Position numbers and translations under genes: made by a program. The notes under the pieces were generated by a model that was not told the origin of the DNA, ran no database searches, and saw only the letters and a program-made list of their open reading frames with translations. A stretch of 53,557 bases of DNA from Bacteroidales bacterium (lineage in GTDB: Bacteria > Bacteroidota > Bacteroidia > Bacteroidales > UBA12077), in NCBI GenBank assembly GCA_028282585.1, contig JANQHR010000086.1, positions 1 to 53,557 of the forward strand, in the 5' to 3' direction. Below, one piece after another: positions 39,856 to 48,599 of this stretch (its first letter is position 1; the number at the start of each line of letters is the position of its first letter).

Positions 39856-40830
39856 ATGAAGATAAACTTCTTGAACAAAAAAGTTATAAAGATCATAATT
39901 AGTATTATTTTAATCGCAATTTCATATGGATTTATTATTTACAAACTCATTAAATTTGATGAATTTAAAGAATTAAGTCTAAAAGATTTTTATCAACTTG
40001 GCAGAAGTTATATATATCTTATCATTGCTATTTTGCTTATGCCTATTAATTGGAGCATAGAAACAATAAAATGGCAATCACTAATTAAAAATATTCAAAT
40101 CATATCTTTTTCTAGAGCTTTAAAGGCTGTATTTTCAGGTATATCGTTAGGAATCTTTACACCTAACAGAATAGGAGAAATTGGCGGGCGAATTTTTTAT
40201 TTAAATAAAGGGAAACGAACTTTCGGATTGTTAGCTACAAGCCTTGGAAGCTTTTCTCAGTTATTAACAACAATAATAGCCGGCTTAGTAGGGTTTGCTA
40301 TGCTTTTAATTTTCTTTCCTGATAAAACTAACATAAACCCAATTTTTGACGGGCTTTTTCTTATAGTGATCCTTATATTTCTGTTAATTTTAATATATCT
40401 CTACTTCAATGCAAAATTGTTAAATCCAATATTTCTGAAATTTTCATTTTTCAAAAAAAGACAAGACCAATTAAAATACTTTTCTAATACAAAGAATTCT
40501 TTATTGCTTAAAATTCTTTTTATAAGTATGGTCAGATATTTGATTTTTATTACTCAATTTTACTTGTTATTAGCCTTTTTAAATATTCAAATAAGCTTTC
40601 TTCAGGCCTTTATTTCTATTAGTCTTTTATATCTCTTTTCGACGATAATTCCTACCACAACCTTGTTGGAATTAGGAATTAAGGGCTCATTAGCAATTTT
40701 TTTTATCGGATTATTTTCTAATGATTTATTGCATATTGTACTAACAACCATGACTTTATGGCTTATAAACCTCGTAATTCCTTCAATCATTGGATCAATA
40801 TTTTTTATAAAAAAAATTTTAATTAAATAA
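39856..40830 (+). CDS. Lysylphosphatidylglycerol-synthase TM-region (UPF0104, flippase-like) membrane protein
   Basis: NWSIETIKW, FTPNRIGEIGGR, ELGIKG; ATG 39856 preferred over TTG 39754 because TATCTTTG lies at 39843-39850. Confidence 0.8.
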   Translation: MKINFLNKKVIKIIISIILIAISYGFIIYKLIKFDEFKELSLKDFYQLGRSYIYLIIAILLMPINWSIETIKWQSLIKNIQIISFSRALKAVFSGISLGIFTPNRIGEIGGRIFYLNKGKRTFGLLATSLGSFSQLLTTIIAGLVGFAMLLIFFPDKTNINPIFDGLFLIVILIFLLILIYLYFNAKLLNPIFLKFSFFKKRQDQLKYFSNTKNSLLLKILFISMVRYLIFITQFYLLLAFLNIQISFLQAFISISLLYLFSTIIPTTTLLELGIKGSLAIFFIGLFSNDLLHIVLTTMTLWLINLVIPSIIGSIFFIKKILIK

Positions 40831-40875
40831 TAATTGTTTACATTTGTAGAATAAAGGACATTTTAGTCTTTTATA

Positions 40876-41520
40876 ATGAACCATCTTAAGCTCCTAAATA
40901 CTGCATTTATACTAAGCATTATAACTATCATTTATAATGTGGTTGAAGGAATAATTTCAGTATATTTTGGAATAGATGATGAGGCTCTTTCACTTTTAGG
41001 ATTTGGTAGCGATAGTTTTGTCGAGGTTATCTCAGGTATAGGAATTGCTCATATGGTATACAGGATGAAAAGTTCCAAAGTTGAACAACGAGATAAATTC
41101 GAAAGACAGGCATTAAGAATAACGGGAACAGGATTTTATATTTTAACATTTGGCATTTTGGCCGGAGCTGTTTTCATTCTTATAGAAAAGAATAAACCGG
41201 AAACGACATTTCCTGGGTTAATTATTTCAGGAATTTCAATTCTGACAATGTTTTTTTTAATGCGATATAAGTTATCAGTTGGTAAGAAATTAAAATCCGA
41301 TGCAATTATTGCTGATGCAAACTGTACTAAATCTTGTTTGTACTTATCAATAGTATTATTAGCATCAAGTGGATTATACGAAATATTTAAAATAGGGTAC
41401 ATTGACATATTAGGATCTTTAGGTATAGCATGGTTTACTTTTAACGAAGGGAAAGAAGCCTTTGAGAAAGTAAGAAAAAATAAGCTAACCTGTTGTTGCA
41501 AAAAAAATTGTGATAACTAG
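40876..41520 (+). CDS. CDF-related (TMEM163-like) cation transporter with Cys-rich tail
   Basis: YNVVEG, GFGSDSFVE, AIIADA, EGKEA; ends CCCKKNC; TACATTTG promoter motif at 40839-40846. Confidence 0.8.
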   Translation: MNHLKLLNTAFILSIITIIYNVVEGIISVYFGIDDEALSLLGFGSDSFVEVISGIGIAHMVYRMKSSKVEQRDKFERQALRITGTGFYILTFGILAGAVFILIEKNKPETTFPGLIISGISILTMFFLMRYKLSVGKKLKSDAIIADANCTKSCLYLSIVLLASSGLYEIFKIGYIDILGSLGIAWFTFNEGKEAFEKVRKNKLTCCCKKNCDN

Positions 41521-41563
41521 AAATATTGTAAACAATTTTGTAATTTAGTTGTTTACTAAAAAC

Positions 41564-41643
41564 AAGTCGGTTCCGAAAGCAAGGGTTAATAACAAGGTAA
41601 TTTTTCTCATAATCATTTTCTTTAACGCTTTTGGGGCCGACTT
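41564..41643 (+). ncRNA. Candidate structured RNA (long hairpin) upstream of the copper operon
   Basis: aagtcggttccgaaagc pairs with gcttttggggccgactt over 17 bp, with three G-U pairs that work only on the + strand. Confidence 0.5.
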
Positions 41644-41665
41644 TCTTAATTAAGGGAGGTCTATT

Positions 41666-42052
41666 ATGTCATATTATTTCAATAAAATAATTTCAACAGA
41701 TTTTGATTCAGCAATCGAAAAAGTTACAGAACTACTAAAATCAGAAGGTTTTGGTGTGCTAACAGAAATTGATGTTAAAAAAACTCTAAAAGAAAAAATT
41801 AATGTTGATTTCAGAAAGTATAAAATTCTAGGAGCATGTAATCCACCCAGTGCATTCAAAGCCCTTTCAAACGAACCTTACATTGGTTTAATGTTACCCT
41901 GCAATGTTGTTGTTCAAGAAACTAATGATGGTAAAATTGACATTTCAGCCGTTGATCCTTTAGCTTCAATGCAAGCTGTAAATAATCCACAATTAGAAGA
42001 GGTTGCAAAAGACATTCGACTTAAATTGGAACTGGTAATAAATTCACTTTAA
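41666..42052 (+). CDS. DUF302 domain protein
   Basis: EGFGVLTEIDV, YKILGACNP, IGLMLPCNVVV. Confidence 0.92.
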   Translation: MSYYFNKIISTDFDSAIEKVTELLKSEGFGVLTEIDVKKTLKEKINVDFRKYKILGACNPPSAFKALSNEPYIGLMLPCNVVVQETNDGKIDISAVDPLASMQAVNNPQLEEVAKDIRLKLELVINSL

Positions 42053-42056
42053 AAAT

Positions 42057-42281
42057 ATGAAACGATTACGATTTAAATCCAGCCTTAAATGTAACGGCTG
42101 CGTTAATGCTATAAAACCTGGATTGGAAGCTATCAAGGATATCAAATTATGGAGAGTTTTTCTTGATGTGGAGGATAAAGTTATAGAAGTAGAAACCGAT
42201 AAAGATGAAGAAGCTGTTGCAAATTCTGTTCAGCAGGTTGTTACAAATGCTGGCTATATTATTGAAAGATTGAGAGGTTAA
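42057..42281 (+). CDS. Heavy-metal-associated (CopZ-like) chaperone
   Basis: 74 aa, LKCNGCV CxxC motif, immediately upstream of the P1B ATPase. Confidence 0.85.
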   Translation: MKRLRFKSSLKCNGCVNAIKPGLEAIKDIKLWRVFLDVEDKVIEVETDKDEEAVANSVQQVVTNAGYIIERLRG

Positions 42282-42286
42282 TTCTT

Positions 42287-44503
42287 ATGAACTTCAGGAA
42301 GGAAACATATCAGGTTGAAGGGATGAGTTGTGCGGTTTGTACTCAAAATGTTGAATCTGTGCTGTCTTCTTTAAAGGGAGTAAATTCGGCTCATGTTAAT
42401 TTCGCATCGGCCAGTGTTTTAGTTGAATTTAATGAAAAAGAAGTTTCTGAAAAAGAATTTCAAGAATCGATTGAAGGTATAGGCTATAAATTAATTATTG
42501 GTCAAAAAAATGACCCGATTTTCGAAATTCAGGAAAAGGAAAAACGCATTTTAAAGAAAGCTCGCGAAAAAGCACTATTTTCTAATTTGTTTGCACTTCC
42601 GGTTTTTATCCTTTCTATGTTTTTTCCTGATGTTCCTTATGCCAACTGGATTATGTTTATTCTGGCAATTCCTGTATTAAGCTGGTTTGGGCGAGATTTT
42701 TTTACAATTGCATATAAACAAGCAAGGCATGGCTCAACCAACATGGACACATTAGTCGCTTTAAGCACTGGAACTGCATTTTTATATAGTACATTTAATA
42801 CCATTTTTCCTGAATTTCTGCTAACAAATGGAATTAAACCACACGTTTATTTCGAAGCCGTTGTAATTATTATTGCACTTATTCTCTTAGGCAGGTATTT
42901 GGAAGAAAAAGCTAAATCAAAAACTTCTGATTCCATTAAAAAGTTAATGGGGTTAAAAGTTAAGACAGCCCAACTACTTCAAAATAAAACAGAAAAAAAA
43001 GTCTCCATTGACGATGTAAAAATTGGAGATATATTGATTATTCGTCCAGGTGAGAAAATTCCTGTCGATGGTAAAGTAATTAACGGATCATCTTATGTTG
43101 ATGAAAGTATGATAACCGGCGAACCTATTCCTGTTGAAAAAAAGGAAAATGATTACGTTATAGGAGCAACGGTAAATACAACAGGAAGTTTTAATATGGT
43201 AGCTGAAAAAATTGGAAAATATACAATGCTTTCCCAAATTATTGAAATGGTAAAAAATGCACAGGGTAGCAAAGCTCCTGTTCAAAAACTTGTAGATAAA
43301 ATTGCATCCGTTTTTGTTCCTGTAGTAATTAGTTTGGCAATAATTAGTTTTATTCTTTGGTATTTGTTAGGACCAGATCCTAAAATTACTTACGCATTTG
43401 TAACTTTAGTAACTGTCTTAATTATAGCCTGCCCCTGCGCATTAGGACTGGCAACACCTACTGCCTTGATGGTTGGAATTGGTAAAGGTGCGGAGAACGG
43501 AATCTTAATAAAAAATGCAGAAACGCTGGAAACGGCTAAAAAGATTGATGTGGTTGTTGTTGATAAAACAGGTACCATCACAAAAGGGCAACCGGAAGTA
43601 TCTGAAATAGTTTGGTTAAAAAGTGATATAAAGCGCAATGTAATTTTAGAAGATGTACTTGAAATTGAAAGAAAATCGGAACACCCACTAGCAGAGGCTA
43701 TTGTAAAATACCTTGATCATTTATCCAACTCCAGTTTAAATATTGTACAATTTAAGAGTCAAACGGGACTTGGTGTTTCGGCTACCATATATGAAAACAA
43801 TTATTTAATCGGAAATTACCAATTGATGAAAGAAAATCAGATTGATATAAATGAAGAACATCAGTACTTTGATCAGTTTGATAATTACGCACAGACTCTG
43901 GTTTTTATAGCCAAAAATAAAGTTTTAGTAGCACTTATTGCAATTTCCGATCAACTTAAGGAAAATTCAATATCAGCAATCAAAAGGCTTCAAAAAATGA
44001 ATATTGAAGTTCATATGCTTACTGGCGATAATAAAAAAACAGCGCAATCAATAGCTTCAAAAACTGGATTAAATCATTACAAAGCAGAAGTCCTACCAAA
44101 AGACAAATTAGACTATATAAGTAATTTACAATCCCAAAATTTAAATGTAACCATGGTAGGCGACGGAATTAATGATTCTCCTGCACTTTCAAAAGCCGAT
44201 GTTGGAATTGCAATAGGGCAAGGAACAGATATTGCAATGGAAAGCGCTGATATAACATTGGTAAAAGGAGATTTGGAAAAGATCGCAGCTTCAATCAAGT
44301 TGTCAAAAGCTACTTTTAAAACTATAAAGGAAAATTTATTCTGGGCATTTATTTATAATATTATTGCAATCCCCATTGCTGCAGGAATTTTGTATCCGAT
44401 AAATGGTTTTATGTTAAATCCTATGATTGCTGGCGGAGCAATGGCTTTCAGTTCTGTATCTGTTGTTCTAAATAGCCTTCGTTTAAAAGTAAAACCTGTT
44501 TAG
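42287..44503 (+). CDS. copA: Copper-translocating P1B-type ATPase
   Basis: [49 protein letters not shown]. Confidence 0.95.
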   Translation: MNFRKETYQVEGMSCAVCTQNVESVLSSLKGVNSAHVNFASASVLVEFNEKEVSEKEFQESIEGIGYKLIIGQKNDPIFEIQEKEKRILKKAREKALFSNLFALPVFILSMFFPDVPYANWIMFILAIPVLSWFGRDFFTIAYKQARHGSTNMDTLVALSTGTAFLYSTFNTIFPEFLLTNGIKPHVYFEAVVIIIALILLGRYLEEKAKSKTSDSIKKLMGLKVKTAQLLQNKTEKKVSIDDVKIGDILIIRPGEKIPVDGKVINGSSYVDESMITGEPIPVEKKENDYVIGATVNTTGSFNMVAEKIGKYTMLSQIIEMVKNAQGSKAPVQKLVDKIASVFVPVVISLAIISFILWYLLGPDPKITYAFVTLVTVLIIACPCALGLATPTALMVGIGKGAENGILIKNAETLETAKKIDVVVVDKTGTITKGQPEVSEIVWLKSDIKRNVILEDVLEIERKSEHPLAEAIVKYLDHLSNSSLNIVQFKSQTGLGVSATIYENNYLIGNYQLMKENQIDINEEHQYFDQFDNYAQTLVFIAKNKVLVALIAISDQLKENSISAIKRLQKMNIEVHMLTGDNKKTAQSIASKTGLNHYKAEVLPKDKLDYISNLQSQNLNVTMVGDGINDSPALSKADVGIAIGQGTDIAMESADITLVKGDLEKIAASIKLSKATFKTIKENLFWAFIYNIIAIPIAAGILYPINGFMLNPMIAGGAMAFSSVSVVLNSLRLKVKPV

Positions 44504-44575
44504 AATTAATAATTGTAGCATTACTCATAAAACAAAAGAAAATCGTTATCGTTAAAGTGTATATAACTAATACAA

Positions 44576-44965
44576 ATGGAATATATATTAAAAAATAAAA
44601 AACTGTTTTCTTTCATATTTTGGCTTTGGGTAGCTATAATACTATATTTTACTTTAACACCCAGTAGTCCACAAATGAAAGTTGACGTTAAGGAACAGAG
44701 TTTTCGATTAGACTATTTATTGCACTTTCTGGTATATTTCAGCTTGTCCATTCTATATTTGCTATGGAAAGCTGATAATTTTTTAAATGTCAAAGTTAAG
44801 TACTTAATATACTTTTTAGGGGGAGCATTAATTGTATCCGGATTAATTGAATACGTTCAACTATACATTCCTGGAAGATCCTTCAATCCTATCGACTATT
44901 TATCTAATGCTGCAGGAATAATTTTAGGAGTTGTTATCCCAAAAATTATATTTAATAACATTTAG
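44576..44965 (+). CDS. VanZ-family membrane protein
   Basis: DYLLHFLVY, IEYVQLYIPGRSF..DYLSNAAG. Confidence 0.88.
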   Translation: MEYILKNKKLFSFIFWLWVAIILYFTLTPSSPQMKVDVKEQSFRLDYLLHFLVYFSLSILYLLWKADNFLNVKVKYLIYFLGGALIVSGLIEYVQLYIPGRSFNPIDYLSNAAGIILGVVIPKIIFNNI

Positions 44966-46095
44966 TTCCATACTCCTGCTATAGAAGTATCACAACCTTT
45001 ACATTTTCCGTTAATAATATTATTTTGAGTAATTTTATAACCTTTTCGTTCAATAGCTAGTTTATTACAGCTTGGGCAATACGTATTTTGTGCGTTTGAT
45101 CCGGGAACATTTCCAATATATACATAGTTTAACCCAGCGTCTTGCGCAATTTTATATGCATTGTTTAACGTTAGGATTGGTGTTGAAGGTAAATGAGTAA
45201 GTTTATACATTGGAGTAAACCTGCTGAAATGCAATGGAGTATTTTCAAATCCATTTTTATATAACCAGTTACACATCCGTTCTATCATATCCAAATTATC
45301 AGTCCATTCGGGAACAATCAAGTTGGTAATTTCCAACCATACACCTTCCTCTTTTAAAATCTTTAATGTATCTAAAATTGTCTGTAATTCTCCTGCATTT
45401 AAACGCGCATAAATATCATCTTCAAAACTTTTTAAATCAATATTGGCAGCATGAATATATTTGGCAACCTCTCTTAAAGGTTTTTCATTAATATAACCCG
45501 CTGAAACCATTACATTTTTTATGCCATTTTCGTTTGCTGTTTTCGAAGAATCCAGGAAATATTCGTAAAAAGCAATAGGTTCAGAATAAGTATATGCTAT
45601 TGATTTACATCTATAGTGCTTGGCTTGCTTATAAACTTCTGAAGGCATTAAGTCGTAATTCCTTGTTTCTTCTGGACTAACTTGAGAAATCTGCCAATTT
45701 TGGCAATTTAAACATGCCAAATTACAGCCCGCAACTGCTAGAGAAAATGTTTTACTTTCCGGTAAAAAATGATATAGTGGCTTTTTCTCAATAGGATCAA
45801 CGTGCAGTGAGCAAGGATTACCATAACCTATTGAGTATATTTTATCTTTATAATTAATTCTTGATCTGCAGTCGCCAACCTCTCCTTCCTTTAATGTACA
45901 TTCATTTGGGCAAATCAAACATTTTACTCCTCTTGGTGTATCAATATAATATTTTGAAAGCTTACTCCATTTCCATAAATCATTACTTGTTAATACATCT
46001 GACATCGCAAGCACCTTATCAAGCCCTAAAGTACAAGTACAAGCTCCTAAGAATCCACACTTTAAAAACTCCCGCTTAGTAATTTTCTTGCCCAT
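44962..46095 (-). CDS. amrS: AmmeMemoRadiSam system radical SAM enzyme with Tat-like N-terminus
   Basis: CLICPNEC, DPIEKKPLYHF, GCNLACLNCQNW, AYTYSEP, NIDLK, PLHFSRF, YVYIGNV, CPSC..CKGC; N-terminal TKREFLK. Confidence 0.93.
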   Translation of the reverse strand: MGKKITKREFLKCGFLGACTCTLGLDKVLAMSDVLTSNDLWKWSKLSKYYIDTPRGVKCLICPNECTLKEGEVGDCRSRINYKDKIYSIGYGNPCSLHVDPIEKKPLYHFLPESKTFSLAVAGCNLACLNCQNWQISQVSPEETRNYDLMPSEVYKQAKHYRCKSIAYTYSEPIAFYEYFLDSSKTANENGIKNVMVSAGYINEKPLREVAKYIHAANIDLKSFEDDIYARLNAGELQTILDTLKILKEEGVWLEITNLIVPEWTDNLDMIERMCNWLYKNGFENTPLHFSRFTPMYKLTHLPSTPILTLNNAYKIAQDAGLNYVYIGNVPGSNAQNTYCPSCNKLAIERKGYKITQNNIINGKCKGCDTSIAGVWN

Positions 46096-46133
46096 GCTAA
46101 TATAACGTTTATTATACAGGATATGTTTCTGTG

Positions 46134-48263
46134 TTATCTTGATTTACTTATCATTACCAAAGTTAAATTAAAAAGCCCTGTTATTAAAGCAGACCAAATA
46201 AATCCGAACAAAGGAATAAGATATATCGTAAGTATTAATGCTCCGGCTGCTGCCCCAAGAAGATCTAGACCATATGCACTGGAAGCTATATTACCATAAT
46301 CTTTTTGTGAAATTTTACTTGCAACCGAAAAAACTGCTCCTGTTAATATTGAAATTATAAGTACTAACATTGCAAAAATGATAAATTGAATCACGTCGGG
46401 AATTTCTATGTTTTTAATCAGTATAAAAACAATTGGTAGTAAAAAAGCAAAAACAGAGATGGCCGTTTGCAAATATTTAAATCGAAGTAAATCTATTTCT
46501 TTTAGAAGTTTCGGAAAATAATAAGAGCCATATGCTAATCCTCCCATAAAAATCATTATAAAAATACCAGCCACAGCATATACATACCCAAATGCTACCT
46601 GAAATACTAAAAGTAATAAAATTTCAATGCTGGTTCCCGCAAATCCTGCTGCAAAAACTCCTTTATAAATTGTATCGGCTTTTAAAAAAAAGAATCCGGA
46701 AAATAATAAAATAAATAATGCCGGTATCCAATACTTAATATTAAAATGACTCATCCACAATTGTATCTGACTTTGATAAAATATGGGACTAAAATCCTGA
46801 TTAACAAGAACAGAATGATCAATTTGCTGATGTAGGTGCTTGCTCCTGGATTCCAATAAATAATCATCGAAATAATAAGAATTAACATATTCTGTTGGGA
46901 TATTCAAATACTCTATAGTTTCTGCTATTTTGTAGGTTAAATCGTTATCGGATGCGATTAAAAAGTCTTTACTTGCCGGAAGAATTAAAACATTTTTAAA
47001 TTCAGAATTTAATGTTTTAAATATAATTGACAACAATTTTTTTGCCTCATCACTTAAATAATTAGCACTTGATGGCATTGATAATGATACAACTGCATTC
47101 TTATTTAGGTTTTCCTTTAAAAGCTGAAAAAATTCCTTTGTGTAATAACGATTTAATTGAATTGTGGATGGCTTGGGAAGATTTATTAACACGATATCGT
47201 ATTTGTTGTTAGTTCTTCTTAAAAATCTAGCAGGATCACTTTCAATTAAGTTAAGAGTTTGATATTGTTCAGGGTTTAAAGTATGTTTAGCTATTTTAAA
47301 TATTTCCGGATTAATATCAACATAATCAACACGATTAACCTCATACTCGCTTACTTCTTCCATTATTCCGGGAATAAGCCCTGACAATACTAAAACCATT
47401 TTAGGATTTTTATGCTGAACCATTGCCAGATGAACTGACTCTTCTTTAGTTATAATATCTCCTGAAGAAGCCATAAGTATGTTATTTTCGTAATAATTGA
47501 GTTGATCTCCTTGCTCTGTAATTGCAAAAACTCCAAAAGGAGAATCACTTATATATGTTATTTTCTGTGAAGGAAATGCCATTTCACGAACTTTCTTATC
47601 AAGATCCTCATTTATAAAAAAATAACCAGAAATGAATGTTACAATAATTATTAATCCTGATTTAACATATTGATCATTTTTAACACTTAAAAATACTGTA
47701 ATCATCACAACAACAACCATAACTATATATAAACTCTGAAATGTTGTTGAAATCCAGATTAAAATAAAATTGATAATTATTCCCCCAATCAAGCTTCCAA
47801 GAGATTCCCAGGCATAAACATCTCCAATTCGATTCTTATTTGTTATAATAGATTCTTCTTGAGCAAATAGAGTAAATAATATTCCTGAAATAACACAAAA
47901 TGGGAAAAGTATTATTAAAGAATAATAAAAAACATGTAATATACCTGCCATCATACCGGGAAGAAACAAGGAGTACCATGCATAATGTAAAACCAAAACA
48001 GTAACAATTGGAATAAATGCTAAAATGCCCAATAAAGTTAAAATCCATTGTGCCCTATTTCCTTTATTCCCAATAAATTTCCCCAAATAGGCCCCAAAAC
48101 CTGTGAGCAACATCCAGTTTGCCAGAAGAATCCCTATAACCAACTCATTTCCACTAAATAATGTCAAAAATTCTCTGAGCAATATAATTTGGGTAGCAAT
48201 TGCAATAAAACCCAACATTATTATGCCAGGTTTTACTAGTTTTATTTGATAATTTCTTGTCAT
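46134..48263 (-). CDS. Polytopic membrane protein with internal spermidine-synthase-like SAM-binding domain
   Basis: TM block QIILLREF..GNEL..YAWESLGS; central EESVH, VLVLSG, VDINP, YDIVLINLP, YYTKEFF; second TM block ending YGLDLLG. Confidence 0.8.
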   Translation of the reverse strand: MTRNYQIKLVKPGIIMLGFIAIATQIILLREFLTLFSGNELVIGILLANWMLLTGFGAYLGKFIGNKGNRAQWILTLLGILAFIPIVTVLVLHYAWYSLFLPGMMAGILHVFYYSLIILFPFCVISGILFTLFAQEESIITNKNRIGDVYAWESLGSLIGGIIINFILIWISTTFQSLYIVMVVVVMITVFLSVKNDQYVKSGLIIIVTFISGYFFINEDLDKKVREMAFPSQKITYISDSPFGVFAITEQGDQLNYYENNILMASSGDIITKEESVHLAMVQHKNPKMVLVLSGLIPGIMEEVSEYEVNRVDYVDINPEIFKIAKHTLNPEQYQTLNLIESDPARFLRRTNNKYDIVLINLPKPSTIQLNRYYTKEFFQLLKENLNKNAVVSLSMPSSANYLSDEAKKLLSIIFKTLNSEFKNVLILPASKDFLIASDNDLTYKIAETIEYLNIPTEYVNSYYFDDYLLESRSKHLHQQIDHSVLVNQDFSPIFYQSQIQLWMSHFNIKYWIPALFILLFSGFFFLKADTIYKGVFAAGFAGTSIEILLLLVFQVAFGYVYAVAGIFIMIFMGGLAYGSYYFPKLLKEIDLLRFKYLQTAISVFAFLLPIVFILIKNIEIPDVIQFIIFAMLVLIISILTGAVFSVASKISQKDYGNIASSAYGLDLLGAAAGALILTIYLIPLFGFIWSALITGLFNLTLVMISKSR

Positions 48264-48265
48264 GC

Positions 48266-48595
48266 CTAACTTTTAGAAAAAATAATTTTAATTGCTTTTT
48301 TGAAATAGGTAAGATGCCACAAAAAATGGAAAAGTGCTGTTATAAACCAAACTATTCCAACAGTTACATGAAGTTGAAGTAAAAAGTATGGAATATTAAT
48401 ATTTAATTCAAAACTGTAAACAAAAGACATAAATATTCCTATTGAACCTGCAATTAAAAAAGAAACAAGTAATATTAAATTCCAGATACGACGATGCTTG
48501 GTAAACTTTAGATATTTTGTTTTTGTTAAAAAGTAGCTTGAAAAATATATCATTAAACAAATTACAGTAACTGGTAAAAATGCGTATGTGCCCAT
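48266..48595 (-). CDS. Small membrane protein, DUF4405/cytochrome b-like
   Basis: Three hydrophobic helices; H-x13-H-x3-H in LHVTVGIVWFITALFHFLWH. Confidence 0.6.
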   Translation of the reverse strand: MGTYAFLPVTVICLMIYFSSYFLTKTKYLKFTKHRRIWNLILLVSFLIAGSIGIFMSFVYSFELNINIPYFLLQLHVTVGIVWFITALFHFLWHLTYFKKAIKIIFSKS

Positions 48596-48599
48596 ATAA

